Source: Chloropicon primus
Taxonomy: Eukaryota
Assembly: GCA_023205875.1 (NCBI GenBank)
Contig: CP060755.1
Location: forward strand, 868,001-932,000
DNA: 64,000 nucleotides
Direction of reading: 5' to 3'
Both the position numbers and the translations under genes were made by a program. This document shows, in pieces, positions 32,501 through 43,712 of the stretch (position 1 is the first letter of the stretch; each line of letters begins with the position of its first letter). The notes under the pieces were generated by a model that was not told where the DNA came from, searched no databases, and saw nothing but the letters and a program-made list of their open reading frames with translations.

Positions 32501-33040
32501 ATCTTTCACCTGAGCAACATCGAGAACACCTCGAGGAACCCCGAGGAGATCTTCTGCAAGAGCATGGCCCACGGCCTGAACATCCTCAAGTCGTGCCACG
32601 CCAAGGGCCTGAACGTCGACGAGGCGACCTTCAGGGAGGTGGAGGAAGGGGAGAAGGGCAGCCGCACGTCCCTGTTCACCTACTCCGTCCAGTCCCTGAA
32701 GAAGCTCTTCGAGGAGGAGCTCTCCGAGATCGGCAGCGCGAGGAAGCTCACCGTGGTCTTCAACGCCATCCACACATCGTTCTGCCAGGACAACAAGGAC
32801 CAGGTGCAGAACATCCAGAAGTTCGGGGACACCGTGCCCTTCGCCTTCGTCCTCCTCTCCCACGTCTTCGAGGTCATCAAGCCCTTCCACCTCTTGGAGT
32901 GCGTCCAGCTGCTGAGCCAGCGGGAGGGAGACCTCCCCATGCACTTGCAGTTCCTGATCGACAACGCGTCGCACTTTTATTTGTGCTCAAAGTCCTTCAA
33001 GGCCATCGTGACCAAGGCCGCCACCACCGCCGCCACCTGA
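29546..33040 (+). CDS. CYFIP/SRA1/PIR121-like SCAR-WAVE complex subunit
   Basis: SLPWKL, YNKAA, KQYIYDELETEADLAF and LLGRSVNLRKLVAQRINKLFRENLD motifs; about 1165 aa. Confidence 0.85.
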   Translation: MTPGGGGSSSFTGLANLSFGDVQTTPPHDSNLFFTPITTTTSALLQASTTSAALRLPSAAYRCQQRSFNNSLSTKLRLLTGKIYSHRSISKAFFRPALGKDDKVNFLQAKLSTMEAEVKWLYDTYTDLVGASKTMASVLDDLNSKWSQCRVESSTPYLVSLATVLAELHAADVAKATKLSVQADINVFQDMAVALQQWELSEYSEELSGFYRSSFAGVKQLQSRLERYQKMDDLLHSVLKRLLDLYERDGGARNVALKNVVLKSLPVLLYLIHAQNAKLLDKKSVGRAVALLKKNPVLQVVGDAWMSSLGLLSGIEDFEAKFKIRAYLLPHQLGPKHLQGTELGVDICPAAERAKAAYDGALFQLCKCVSQAQKVGLDANVIPEALAESTLEAYKAALDLVHSCQWNLQTFFCWKVSSSAGQDSSRGLDDSLSSRIVGLFSPEEKLAILSLVQILKDLNQYVRTREHLLFPILSASIQRRLDAFRADTSDKILLSKKCPEHFELLHRMLRTHLAREDARDGRLALGSGPSLSQLVLLNEIAGEMCYEIDNRLRKTKIFKKEVSGSEVLRQLRAFALDTALFVQVLDLSFSFGQAVDTSYLWLHEQLFDRMEANKSGISTSLPWKLFEAQIDASRQDLDLEMSLIPMHVYNKAAGKNFAELGKQYIYDELETEADLAFERMAFKIATKVYDIVKMTVSGQHLSKFVETQVLLSEDLLPKQSIAGVVSPKVHDLLGRSVNLRKLVAQRINKLFRENLDYLMERFEALDISQGILEFHTGYHILESAHSSLREYLEIDSWDTIVKEMNENTSTLSFGSRLCVYIYKELSSVVPSYYNYYLSTSKFIEDKYVTRRELRKNPLPVLPSPSFLFGHRIYNETIREISRMHSGTFSAMHFQCLAQLLSEEEIFLVVQKLIEKSYKIVSNTLLPSIKDCMEMIDESTCFAEVEPVDETIKRFDRALAVFAKQQEETDFRIFEDMKMLGNVMLSIFHLSNIENTSRNPEEIFCKSMAHGLNILKSCHAKGLNVDEATFREVEEGEKGSRTSLFTYSVQSLKKLFEEELSEIGSARKLTVVFNAIHTSFCQDNKDQVQNIQKFGDTVPFAFVLLSHVFEVIKPFHLLECVQLLSQREGDLPMHLQFLIDNASHFYLCSKSFKAIVTKAATTAAT

Positions 33041-33449
33041 AGCAGGAGAAGCAGGAGGAGAAGGAGGAGGAGGAGGACCTTTGATGAGTCGCAACAACTC
33101 ACGTATGTAATCTTGTACCAATGTATCATCTATATATTTATGTCTCCAAACCAAACACACACACACACACACACACACGGATTGTCAGTCAGATCGACAC
33201 CACCAAACGCCGTCTCACTTTTTGTTTGTGCTCCTCAAAGTCCTTTCAAGAGCAGGAGGACCTTTGATGAGTCGCAACAGCCCACGTATGTACCATCTCT
33301 TTCAAGTCTTACATCCCCACATCATCCACATTGTTTGTTTGTCTGCACCCTCTCCTTCACTTGGTCTGTCCATCCTCTTCCTCATTGCATGAGATCCCAA
33401 AACCACCCAACCTTGGACGACGCCCTTCGGGCGCAAGAGCAGCAGAGGA

Positions 33450-33484
<35 letters not shown>

Positions 33485-33560
33485 AGGGCGGAAGGTTTCG
33501 GGTCCGTTGCTTTGCTTTCGTACCTCGTGGCGTCTTTTTTTCCTGGTCGTGCGCGCGCGG

Positions 33561-33940
33561 ATGGCTGTGAGGGCGGGTCTGGTGGGCAAGACGAAGGCAA
33601 GGGGACTGGCAGCGGGAGGCGTGACGTCCAAGTCGCTGGCGACCAAGGGCGGGAAGGTTTCGAGGCAGGGGACCTCGACCGCCATGAGGGCGAGCGCGCC
33701 AGCGGGCGTGCAGACGAGGAGCAAGGCCAGGCTCTCGAGGGAAGCGGCGGGCGTTGGAATGGGGGGGCGGAGACCGGCGGGCGCCAAGGTCAGGGCGTCG
33801 AGCCAGGCCGACAGCGGGACGGAGAAGATACTCACGGTCCCGACGATTCTCACCCTGGCCCGGGTCGCGGCCATTCCTTTCGTGGTACTGGGTGAGTAGA
33901 AGGAGAAGGAGAAGAAGGAGAAGAAGCACTCTCCTCCTTG

Positions 33941-34008
<68 letters not shown>

Positions 34009-34580
34009 TCACACCCTCTGCTCTCTCTTCTATCTCTGTTGCAGCCTACACGAGGGAGGGGCCGACGAACGTCGCGATCTGCACGACCCTGTACGTCCTC
34101 GCCTGCTTCACGGATTGGCTGGACGGGTACATCGCGAGGAGGACGGGGACTGGGACCAAGTTCGGCGCGTTCCTGGACCCGGTCGGCGACAAGCTCATGG
34201 TGACCGTGATCCTGATTCTGGTGACGTACTCCGCGCCGCCGGAAGGCCTCTGCGCCCAGTTCCCCGCGCTCGTCCCGTTCTCCGCGGGGGTCATAATCTG
34301 CAGGGAGGTCGCGATGTCTGCCCTGAGGGAGTGGGCCGCTTCGTCCGGCCCTGAGGTACGGAGCGCGGTCGCCGTGAACAACCTGGGAAAGTGGAAGACG
34401 GCCCTGCAGATGTCCTCCCTCGGGTTCCTCCTCGCTTGCAAGGAGGGCTGCGGGGGAAACGCGGTACTGACGGCCCTGTCCTACGCCGGGCCGGTCTTCC
34501 TCCTGGTCTCGGCCCTGATGGCCACCTACTCGTTCCTCGTCTACTTCAAGGGCATCTGGAAGTTCATGGTGAACCCTTGA
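33561..34580 (+). CDS. CDP-alcohol phosphatidyltransferase, PgsA/cardiolipin synthase type (intron 33892-34044)
   Basis: TVPTILTLARV, TDWLDGYIARR...FGAFLDPVGDKL, ALREWA and GKWKTALQM motifs. Confidence 0.92.
33942..34008. repeat. (CAT)n microsatellite in intron, about 22 units
   Basis: Direct observation. Confidence 0.9.
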
Positions 34581-35022
34581 GTGGAGTGAGTGGGGGGAGA
34601 GAGGCCACACACCACACGGAGAGAGACTTTATTTCCTTTTTTTCTAAAATATCACACACGCACACACACAAACCAACTAACCATTGTAACTTTTGTAAAT
34701 ACAGAACACAACGAAACGCGCCGCTCACCTTGGAGTGAAGAAGAAGAAGAAAAATATGTTGTTGATACTGATCGATCGATGGATTGGGATTGGGGCTCGG
34801 CCCGAAAACAAATCATAAACCGTCTCCTCACTCTGACTCGCACTCTCCTCCTTGTCATCATCATCATCATCATCATCTCGATCGCTCGATCTCGTCTCCC
34901 CTCGGAAAGCAAAAAACCTTGGACCCGAGCAAATGCAAATTTTGAGAATGAGGGATCTCTGGCGTCAAACGCCCGTAACGGCTGGTCGATCATCATCATC
35001 ATTCGTCGTCGTCGTCGTCACC

Positions 35023-36669
35023 ATGGTGCCCCCCCGCCGCTATGTGCTGCTCGCGCTGTGTTCCCTCACACTGGCCGTCGTCGTCGCCGCCTCGGCCTCC
35101 GCCTCGTCGCTGGACTCGGTCACGATCGACAACAACGTGTTCATGAAGAACGGCAAGGAGTTCCATTTCATCGGGTTCAACCAGTACTACATGCTGGACA
35201 AGGCACGGAGGCACGAAGAGCGGCACATCGTGGACGAGACCCTCAAGGACGCGGCGGACTTGGGGATGACCGTGATGAGGACGTGGGCCTTCGACGACAG
35301 GCCGAACGGGCTGCAGGTCCTCCCCGGGGTCTTCGACGAGGAGACCTTCCGGGCCCTGGACTACGTCCTGGACAGCAGCGCCAGGCATGGGATCCACGTG
35401 ATCCTGGCTCTGGTGAACTACTGGCCGGACTACGGCGGGATGGAGTCGTACGTCAAGTGGTGCACGCACAGCGCGACGATAGCGAACCTCACCGTGTCCG
35501 AGTTTTACACCAACCCGATGTGTAGGCAGATGTACAAGAACACGATGCAGACGATCATGAACCGGAGGAACACGTACAACGGCAGGGTGTACCGCGAGGA
35601 CCCTACCATCTTGGGGTGGGACCTCGCGAACGAGCCCAGGAACCCCGGCGACCCGTCCTCGAACACCCTCGCCACCTGGATCGAGGAGATGTCCCAGTTC
35701 GCCAAGATCGTGAGCCCTGGCCAGCTGATCACGACGGGAGTCGAGGGTTTCTTCGGGCTCACGACACCGAACTTGGCCCTGAACGCCAACCCCGGCGCTG
35801 ACGAGTGGGACAGCTGGATCTGCGAGGGGACCGACTTTGTGAGGTTCCACGACTTGCCCCACATCGACTTCACCGTGGCTCACATGTACCCGGACCTGTG
35901 GGTGGACCGCCCGTGCAACGGGTCGGACTACTGCAAGAAGCTCTTCGCGTCCCGGTGGGTGGACACCCACATCGAGCAGTCCATCAAGCTGCACAAGCCG
36001 TTCGTGCTGGAGGAGTTCGGCGCGTCGACCACGAGGGGCAGGGGGAACGACTCGTACCGGGAGTCCATGAACCACAGGGAAGACATTTTCGAGACCGTGT
36101 TCAGCGAGATGGAGGAGGCGGCCGCCAACAGCGACATCAGCGTCGGGTCCCTGTTTTGGTCGTTCTCCTCGATCAAGTACCCGGACTACGACGGGTTCTC
36201 GGTGTACTTTGGCGGGGAGGGGTACACTGAGCCGGACAAGACTACTCCTCGCGAGGAAGCCGCGGCGGGCGCCGGGTCGGGGGGATTCAGCTGGGACATC
36301 GCCGCCTACGAGGCCACCGGCGGAGGGTCGAGCGATCGCGAGGAGGAGGAATCCAAGGCCACGGTCTTGTACTCTCCCACCCCCATGGAGGACCCGCTGG
36401 ATTACATCTGGCTGCAGCCCGCGACCCCCAAGATGCAAAGCGAATTCAGGAACGCGAAGAAGCACAGGCAGTGCACCAAGTACCTGAGGAAATCCGTGAG
36501 GAACGGCGTGATCTCCTCGTCGTACAGGGAGAAGCCCGATGTCAAGGCCACGAACCTCGTGGCTTTCAAGGAGGTGGAGACCTCCCACGATGACACCATC
36601 AACATCATCTCGAACGCGGCCAGGAAGTTCAGACAACTCAGCGGGGACTCCTTCCTCGGCCTCGGGTAA
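35023..36669 (+). CDS. Secreted GH5 endo-beta-1,4-mannanase-like protein
   Basis: Signal peptide; RTWAF, WDLANEPR (acid/base), HMYPDLW, KPFVLEEFG (nucleophile) and SLFW motifs. Confidence 0.92.
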   Translation: MVPPRRYVLLALCSLTLAVVVAASASASSLDSVTIDNNVFMKNGKEFHFIGFNQYYMLDKARRHEERHIVDETLKDAADLGMTVMRTWAFDDRPNGLQVLPGVFDEETFRALDYVLDSSARHGIHVILALVNYWPDYGGMESYVKWCTHSATIANLTVSEFYTNPMCRQMYKNTMQTIMNRRNTYNGRVYREDPTILGWDLANEPRNPGDPSSNTLATWIEEMSQFAKIVSPGQLITTGVEGFFGLTTPNLALNANPGADEWDSWICEGTDFVRFHDLPHIDFTVAHMYPDLWVDRPCNGSDYCKKLFASRWVDTHIEQSIKLHKPFVLEEFGASTTRGRGNDSYRESMNHREDIFETVFSEMEEAAANSDISVGSLFWSFSSIKYPDYDGFSVYFGGEGYTEPDKTTPREEAAAGAGSGGFSWDIAAYEATGGGSSDREEEESKATVLYSPTPMEDPLDYIWLQPATPKMQSEFRNAKKHRQCTKYLRKSVRNGVISSSYREKPDVKATNLVAFKEVETSHDDTINIISNAARKFRQLSGDSFLGLG

Positions 36670-36812
36670 ACGATATAATTACCAACACACACACCCAACT
36701 ATCTTTATTGCATTCATTCCCATCCATCGCACAAAGCCAAAGCCTCAACCCAAGGCTCCAAAGCTCGACGCTAAAAAAATTCCCAAAAATGACCCAAGGC
36801 TGGTAGGATAAG

Positions 36813-37539
36813 ATGGCGGCCAGGAACGAACTCCAAGACGCGATAGGGGACATAGGGAACGTCTCCGTGCCGTCCCGGGAGCCGAGGAAGCCCTGGCTCG
36901 CGATAGACGCGAAGAATGTGAAACAGAAGATACGGGTCAGGAAGGTGAGGGAGTGGAAGATCAATTTCCTGTGGCATTCTCATTCTCGTTCTCGTTCTCA
37001 TTCTACAGCGTGCTTGCGTGCGTGTGGCCTTCCTTCTTCTTGCTGACCCTGGTTGCTCCTTCCTTCGTTCCTCGACCCAGATGATGTCCTTGAACAAGCA
37101 CGTCGGACTTGCGGCGGGCTTCGACGTGACCTGCGCGACGGGAGAGGTGAAGCCGAGCGGCCAGCTGATCTTCAGGCTGCCCGTGGTGAAGAACGATGTC
37201 GTCGACGCTTTCAACGTGAACGTGTCGGACAAGCGCGTGTCTGTGACGGGGAGGTTTCGAGTCCCCCTGGGCGTCCTAAGCGTGAAAGGACACGGCAGGA
37301 TAGGCGTGAACTACGCGGGGAGGAAGCCTTACGTCGGGGTGGATGTGGTTCCGACGCGGGCCCCCACCGTGGCCCTGGGAGCGACGACCGCGCTTTTCGC
37401 CGGCAAGAAGCTCTCCGCGTCGCCTCACCTGAGCCTCACCAAGAACGTCGGGCTCGATCTTGGAATCCAGGCCTCCAAGGACGCGGGAGGCCCCGTGAAG
37501 GTGTCGCTGGAGGACGCGGCACTCACCATCAAACTGTGA
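36813..37539 (+). CDS. Beta-strand-rich hypothetical protein (intron 36945-37080)
   Basis: AAG|GTGAGG donor and CCCAG acceptor join two ORFs in phase 0; V/G/K-rich alternating pattern. Confidence 0.6.
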
Positions 37540-37708
37540 GGGAGGGGGGGGACGCGGCACTCACTTCCACTCGCTTCCTCTTCCTCGCCTCGTTCGAAAG
37601 AAACGGTTGGGACGCCTTTGTACAATAAACACATAAAACCATTATATCGACAAGGTTCCTCAAGAGACAACCAAACGCACGCGCGACGGTCTCGTCACCA
37701 TCAATCAA

Positions 37709-40343
37709 TCAGGCCCCCCTCTCTCGGAATTGGATGAGGATGTCATCAGACCTCTTCCAAACGCTCTGCCTCACTTTGGCCAGGCTCATCTCGGGCGTGA
37801 GCAGCTTGTCGTTGCACAGCAACTCGAGGTCACTGGCCTTGATGTCCTGCTGGTCCGCCTCAACCTTGGTCGCCACGTAGTGCAGCACCTTGCTCATCGG
37901 CAAGATTTTTGGGGCCAGGAGCTTGCCCTGCTGCAGGGAAGGCAACTCCGAGTCGGGATGGGGCATCAGGTGGAAGGACACTTTGAGGTTCAGGCCCGTG
38001 GGGAGCTTGTCCTCCGAAACGCAGGACACCACCCAGTCGGGGACCTCATCGCTGGTCTCCGTGCCATCCAGGTCCTCAATTCTCTTCGTGAACCATTCGC
38101 CGTCGTACGTGGTAGTGATGATGCAAGGGTTGCTGTCAAACTTGAAAGGCCAATCGGCAAGCTTGCTCGCAGCCTTTCCGCCTCCTTTCTGTGGGGACTG
38201 CCCCTGGTCGCTTGCAGCGACCTTGCCAGCGGACGGGGAGGACGAGTTGGAAGGATCTGCGCCGCCCGCGGCCCCACTCGCGTCGGAGACATCCTTTCTG
38301 CCCCCCGCCCCCGTTTCTCCGTCCCTCCCGCTTTGGTTGGCCTGCTCCCACTTGCTGAAGAGGGAGCACAGGACCTGCTGGCCCATGTTGAACTTCAGGT
38401 CGTCTCCCACCTCTTCCATGCCAAGGTCCACGGCGTAGACCTCCGCAGAGAAGCACTGCTTGGACTCCATGTGAATGCTCAGCTTGCCCAAGCGCTTGTC
38501 CGCACTGAACCAGCTCGAAGCCGTGACCTTTGGATTTATGCAGGCAAAGAACTTCTCGAAGCGCTGGTCGTTCTTTCCCTCCTTGGCCTCGACATCTCCC
38601 CTGCCAGGTCCACATTCTGTGGCCCCGCCCTTCTTGTCCTCGGCCTCCTTTCCTTCGTCAGCCTTCGCAAGAGTCGCAGCAACTTCCTCGGTATTGAAAC
38701 ACTTATCTACGCGCCCCGTCAGCACGTTCCACATGCATATCGTTCCGCTAGCGTCCTCGGTCAGTATCCTCTGGCGATCGTTGAGGATTTCGTGCTTCAC
38801 GATCGGGGGGACGCCGACGAGGGTCAGGCTCGGCGTCCTCTGAAGCGGAATCACTGGCTTGCCCTTGCCCATGCTCTTGCTGAGGCTAGACTGCTTGATC
38901 GAAAACGGCGAGGTGCTGGCTACAAAGGAACTGTGCCTCCTCTCCCTGTAAGAGTTGCTGCCACCGCTTTCTCCCTCTTCACCGTCCCACGTCGATGGCT
39001 GCGTAAGGTCCCAGAAATGAATGGAGGAGCTGTTCGTGGCGCTCCAGATCCTCTCGAGGGACTCGCTCCCGCTGCTCATGTTGCCGCTCCTGCTGCTCGT
39101 GTTGCCGCTCCTGCTTCTGGCAGAGAGGGAGAGCACAGACTTCTCCTCCTCGAAGAGCAGCGTGCTGAGCTTTCCTGAAAGGCTCGTGCAGAAGACTTGC
39201 CCGTCTCTGCCCCCGCTCACAATTTGCCCGTGGGATTCGACAAAGTCAAGGGCCCAAACCGAGTCCTTGTGGATGGAAAAGCTGTGCATGCACCTCTGCT
39301 GCCCCAGGTCCCAAATACGAACAGTCTTGTCGCTGCTCCCCGTGATGCACATGGTCCCCGCTCGGTTTAGCCGGATGCACCTGATGTTTCCGAGGTGTCC
39401 CCTGAGCGCCATCTGGGGCAACAGCGCCCCCTCTTCATTCTTCGTGTTGGACCTCGTGTCCCATATCCTCACGATGCCGTCGGTGGAGCCGCAAGCGAGG
39501 ACGCTTCCGGACGGATTGATGTCGCAGGAATAACATGAGCTCGCATCGGAGACGCTAGCACAATCGAAGTCTCTCAGGACGCTGTTCGGCGAGCCTCCCT
39601 GGGAGTCTGACGACGAGCTAGCGGAGTCCCTCCTCTTGCTCGGACCAATCTTGCTCGTCCTCACCGTCGTCTCGAGGTCCCACAGCTTTATCTCGCTCCT
39701 GAGACCGGCGGAGACAAAGGTCTTTGCCTCCCGCGCCGCGGAGACGCACATGACGTAGTCGCTGTGCTCGTAAAGCGTCGATATCAAGCCGTAGTCGTCA
39801 ACCTCCCCCGCATCGGTGCCGTCCCTCCCCTTGGAAGCGTTCGCCCTCCAAAGCCTCACCGTGCGGTCGTTGGAGCAGCTCACTAGCGTGTTCTCCTTCT
39901 CCAAGACGGCCACGTCGTTGACCCAGTCCACGTGACCCTCGAAGCTCATTTCCAGCTTCGCCCCTGCGCACCCCACCCCAAAAAAAAAAGTCCATCGAGC
40001 AAGACGAGTCAGTACGAGTACGTGGCACAAACGCTTCACGTGGTTCCCAGCCCGTCCAGTTCAGCAAGAATGACTTACCCCCAAGACCATCTCCAGCTCC
40101 GATCTGCCATCGCTTTATCGTGGCGTCCCTGCTCGCCGTGAAGAGGCACTCCTTGCCCCCCCTCCTGCCATCAGACGGGGGAAGCCCCGTCCCCACCGCC
40201 AGCGAGTTCACCGCTCCACAGTGGCTCCCCGCCTCTTTCTGGTCCGTCCCGAGCGCAGCCGCCTCTCCCTCGCTCGATGTCGATGCAGAACCGTTCCGCG
40301 AGTGTTCCAGTACATACGTCAACCGCCGCCTACGCACCTTCAT
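37709..40343 (-). CDS. WDR48: WD-repeat protein WDR48/UAF1-like (intron 39964-40078)
   Basis: HCGAVNSL, FEGHVDWVND, LRGHLGNIR, WDLGQQRCMH and ILNDRQRILT motifs; C-terminal ELLCND...VWKRSDD. Confidence 0.92.
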
Positions 40344-40973
40344 CCTCCTTCCTCACCCCCAAACTTCCCCCAAAAACTCAAACTTCCCCCCCTCCCCCAC
40401 GTTCCCTCTTCAATCCACACTACACTCAAACTCCCCACCACTTCCGCGACCAAACCTCCTCAATGCGGGTCAGTGGAAAGATCTTAAGTTCAGCTTTCGT
40501 CCCAGCACCCTCCTTCCCTCCTCCCCTCCTCTCCCCGTCCCCCAAATAAGCCCCTTCCCTCGCACCTCTCCCGCTCCCCTCCCCGCCCTCTCTGCTCCGA
40601 AACCCTGCCTCGTCCTCCTCGCCTCCTGTGGAAATGTCTCCACTTTTCCTCCGTTGACTTGAGGAAAAATTAACAGCAGAGCATAATGGCATATGTTCCA
40701 AGGCGGAGGGGACCAAGGGAGAGGGAGGATTAGAACGAGACAGAGGGAGAGGGCACAGGGGGGGGGAGGGAGGGTCGACGTGCACGGCGTCCTTTCGCCT
40801 TGTCTTGTGATCGGGTGGCTTGCGGAGTTGGTGGGCACGCTTGGGGAGGAGAGAGAGAGATGGGAGTTCACTGGTGGGGAGGACATCGTGAGAAGTGTTA
40901 TACGACGACGAGGACTGTGGAAGGGTGAAGAGAGTAGTAGGGTGCTAGGCTGCGGAAGGGAGGGGGAAGAGGG

Positions 40974-42233
40974 ATGACTGGGGCGGAGAGGACGGCGAGC
41001 AGTGCCCTGCGGTGGCTGCGCCACCAGCTGCGAAGTTGGGACAAGGGGGACCGAACAACGAGGACGAAAATGTTGGACGAGTTCATCAGCAGACACGCGG
41101 ACGAGACGGGGCCGCAGCTGGAGAAGTACTACGGGAACGGGGCGAGCCTGTTCCTGACGAGAATATCGGCTTGGCTCAAGCTGACGTACCTCGAGGGCAT
41201 TGCCCTCAACAAGCAGCTTGAGGCCGTGAGCATATTTCTCTCGGCTGCGAATGGGACGAGGTACCTCGCGGAGTTCGTTGACTTTGGGGGCCTTCTGAGC
41301 ATCTTGGACCTCCTGTCGATCAAAGACATCAACGAGGAGGACAAGTGCAGCGCGCTGGGGCTTTTGCTCCAGATAGCGCACGCCGGGCGCTTCTACAAGG
41401 AGCTCATATGCTCTTTCAATGGGATGCAAGTGACGGTGGGGCTCCTAGAGGCTGCGAACTTCCCGCACACGAGACTTCTCATTTACGACGTCTTCCTCGT
41501 GCTCGGGAGCGGAAACCCAAAGTACTCGAACAAGGTGCAAGCGGAAATCATTGCCATGATATCAACGCGGAACATCCACGCCCTCCGGCTCGGGATGCAA
41601 GCCATCAGGAGGCTCGTGTGCAGCAGTACCCACATGCACGTGATTCAAGCGAGCTCCAGGGGGCACACCCACAACAACTTGCTCCAGCTGATCGACAAGA
41701 CAATACCGTTGCTGGGGTCCCCCGACTTCGAGGTGCAGTACGAAGCCTTTGAGCTCGTCCAGTCCCTTTGTATGTCAAAGTCTTCGTCGGTGGGGGTCTA
41801 CATCGTGAACTCCCTGTACAAACTACTGATCAAGTCGAGCCAGGAGCTCGACAGAAACGTCCAGCTGCATCTCTTGATGGAGAAAGAGAACGAGGCGTCC
41901 CCGGTGGACATAGCGCAGGCCACCGCTGCGAAAATTCTTTACCAGTCTCTCCACAGACTGTTCGAGAATGAGGAGGTGAAGGAGGAGGTGATGACGGAGA
42001 GGTACTTCAGGGCAATACTGTCGACAATCGCGAACGAGAGGCACTACGAGAGCAGGCAGCACGCCGCCAACTTGTTCGAAACTTTGACCACCCTCGACAT
42101 GGAGAAGTCCTTTGCCCTCACCCAGGAGCTGGCGGGAGACGAGCTCATGTATTTGTTGTGCGAGAATCCTCAGAGGGACCTGGAATCCAAGCACTTGGAC
42201 GCACTCAGGTTGCTTGGGCAAACGGCGCATTAG
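40974..42233 (+). CDS. ARMH1: Armadillo-like helical domain protein, ARMH1-like
   Basis: WDKGDRTTRTKMLDEFI, GASLFLTRISAWLKLTY, AGRFYKELIC, GNPKY and EVQYEA motifs. Confidence 0.75.
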   Translation: MTGAERTASSALRWLRHQLRSWDKGDRTTRTKMLDEFISRHADETGPQLEKYYGNGASLFLTRISAWLKLTYLEGIALNKQLEAVSIFLSAANGTRYLAEFVDFGGLLSILDLLSIKDINEEDKCSALGLLLQIAHAGRFYKELICSFNGMQVTVGLLEAANFPHTRLLIYDVFLVLGSGNPKYSNKVQAEIIAMISTRNIHALRLGMQAIRRLVCSSTHMHVIQASSRGHTHNNLLQLIDKTIPLLGSPDFEVQYEAFELVQSLCMSKSSSVGVYIVNSLYKLLIKSSQELDRNVQLHLLMEKENEASPVDIAQATAAKILYQSLHRLFENEEVKEEVMTERYFRAILSTIANERHYESRQHAANLFETLTTLDMEKSFALTQELAGDELMYLLCENPQRDLESKHLDALRLLGQTAH

Positions 42234-42335
42234 ACATTAGTTCACGAGAACACTGTAATTTAGTCATGTCTTTCTTAATACATTTTGAAAACAAAATTAA
42301 AACAATCAACAAGACTGCCGCGGTCCGTGCTTGCG

Positions 42336-43712
42336 TTACATCTCCCCCCAGTCCTCGTCAATGTCAATGTCGTCGTCCTCCTCCAGCGCCGTTCCTGGGG
42401 CCGGGGAAGGCAGGGGGGACAGCTCCTCCTCGTCGCTGCTGGGCGCCACCTCCTCCCCCTCCTCCGGTCCTTGGGCCGCGGCCTTCTCCTCGTCCCCGTC
42501 CCTCTCTTCTCCAGGCTTCTCCCTCGGGGTCTCAGCTGCGTCTTCGTCCGCCCTCTTCTCTTTCTCTTTCTCTTTCTCGCTCTCTTTGGCCGCCTGCAGC
42601 GCCTCGGGAGAGCTCTGAGGAGGAGAGCCCCGGTGCTTCGTCTTCACGTTGATCCAATCATTCGCACTGGAGTCGCTCGCGGTGGCCACATCCGGTTCGC
42701 TGAGCAGGCCCGAAGGAGTCCTGCTGTGGAAGCCGTTCTTTGGGGTCAAGCCCCGGGGGCTCTCCCCTTGCACGGGAGAGAATCCGCTGGGGCTCGAAGG
42801 CTCGTCCTCCTTTCCAGACAAAGCTGTAGGAGTTTCTACGGCAAGAGCTGGCTCTGGTCCTTCGGCGGCTGTCTGCTGCTCCTCCTCCTGCTCCTCCGGC
42901 AGCTGCTGCTCGTCTTCGACAGCCTTCTTTTCCAAAATCTTTTCCGCCATTCCCTCCCCGACCTGAATCATGTGAAGCCTGAAGAAGTACTGCGTCCAGA
43001 ACGTTTCGTAGTCCACGATGAGGGGCACGATCCTGCTCTGCAGCTCCAGCATGAAAGCATTGCCCTTGAGGGTCTCCTCCACCTGCGCCTTGTAATCCTT
43101 GAGGTCGAAGTGAGACCCCCAAGTCTCGAAGTAAAGGAAGTCCTCAGGCTCGTCGCAGTACGTGCTGCTGTCCCTCTGCATAGCGCTGACCTTCTCGTTG
43201 TACCGCTTCTCCTTCTTCGACTCCTCACTTCCCTTGCCCGCGCCGCTCTTCTTAAGCTTCATCTCCTGCTGAGTCTGCTTGTGCTTGATGCTCGCGGCCT
43301 GCATCTCCTGCTGCACGGTCTCCTTCATCTGGCTCAAGAGCTCGGACGTCCCCCCAATAATACTTTTGCCAAAGCTCTCTATCGTATTGCCGAGAACCTC
43401 TATGGACTCTTGCACCTCCTGCTTGTTCTTCGGAACCTTGATGTTCGGGTTCAGGTCCGCCGAGTTCACCACTTCCTTGGTCTCCTCCACCATCTCCTGG
43501 GTGTCCTGCTGTATCGCCGAACTGAAGTCTCTGAACTCCTTTCCCCAGTCTGTCTTCGAAACACTTTGGACTATCTCGGTGCTCGACTTTTGCACGTTAG
43601 CCGCCACCTCTTTCGCCATCTCGAAGAACGAGAACACCCCGCCACCGGTACCTTCTTCCGACGTCCCTTCCCCATCTTCCTTCTCTTGCGAAGGCAGGAA
43701 CGCGTTGAACAT
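42336..43712 (-). CDS. BSD domain-containing protein
   Basis: STYCDEPED and RIVPLIVDYETFWTQYFFRL motifs; acidic tail ending EDWGEM. Confidence 0.9.
   Translation of the reverse strand: MFNAFLPSQEKEDGEGTSEEGTGGGVFSFFEMAKEVAANVQKSSTEIVQSVSKTDWGKEFRDFSSAIQQDTQEMVEETKEVVNSADLNPNIKVPKNKQEVQESIEVLGNTIESFGKSIIGGTSELLSQMKETVQQEMQAASIKHKQTQQEMKLKKSGAGKGSEESKKEKRYNEKVSAMQRDSSTYCDEPEDFLYFETWGSHFDLKDYKAQVEETLKGNAFMLELQSRIVPLIVDYETFWTQYFFRLHMIQVGEGMAEKILEKKAVEDEQQLPEEQEEEQQTAAEGPEPALAVETPTALSGKEDEPSSPSGFSPVQGESPRGLTPKNGFHSRTPSGLLSEPDVATASDSSANDWINVKTKHRGSPPQSSPEALQAAKESEKEKEKEKRADEDAAETPREKPGEERDGDEEKAAAQGPEEGEEVAPSSDEEELSPLPSPAPGTALEEDDDIDIDEDWGEM

Noticed and set aside
29459..32974. 1171-aa antisense ORF, and similar long shadow ORFs opposite most genes
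   Set aside because: Expected by-product of GC3-rich codon bias on the sense strand; no recognisable motifs
33081..33160. C/D-box snoRNA (TGATGA)
   Set aside because: No CTGA D box or terminal stem at a suitable distance
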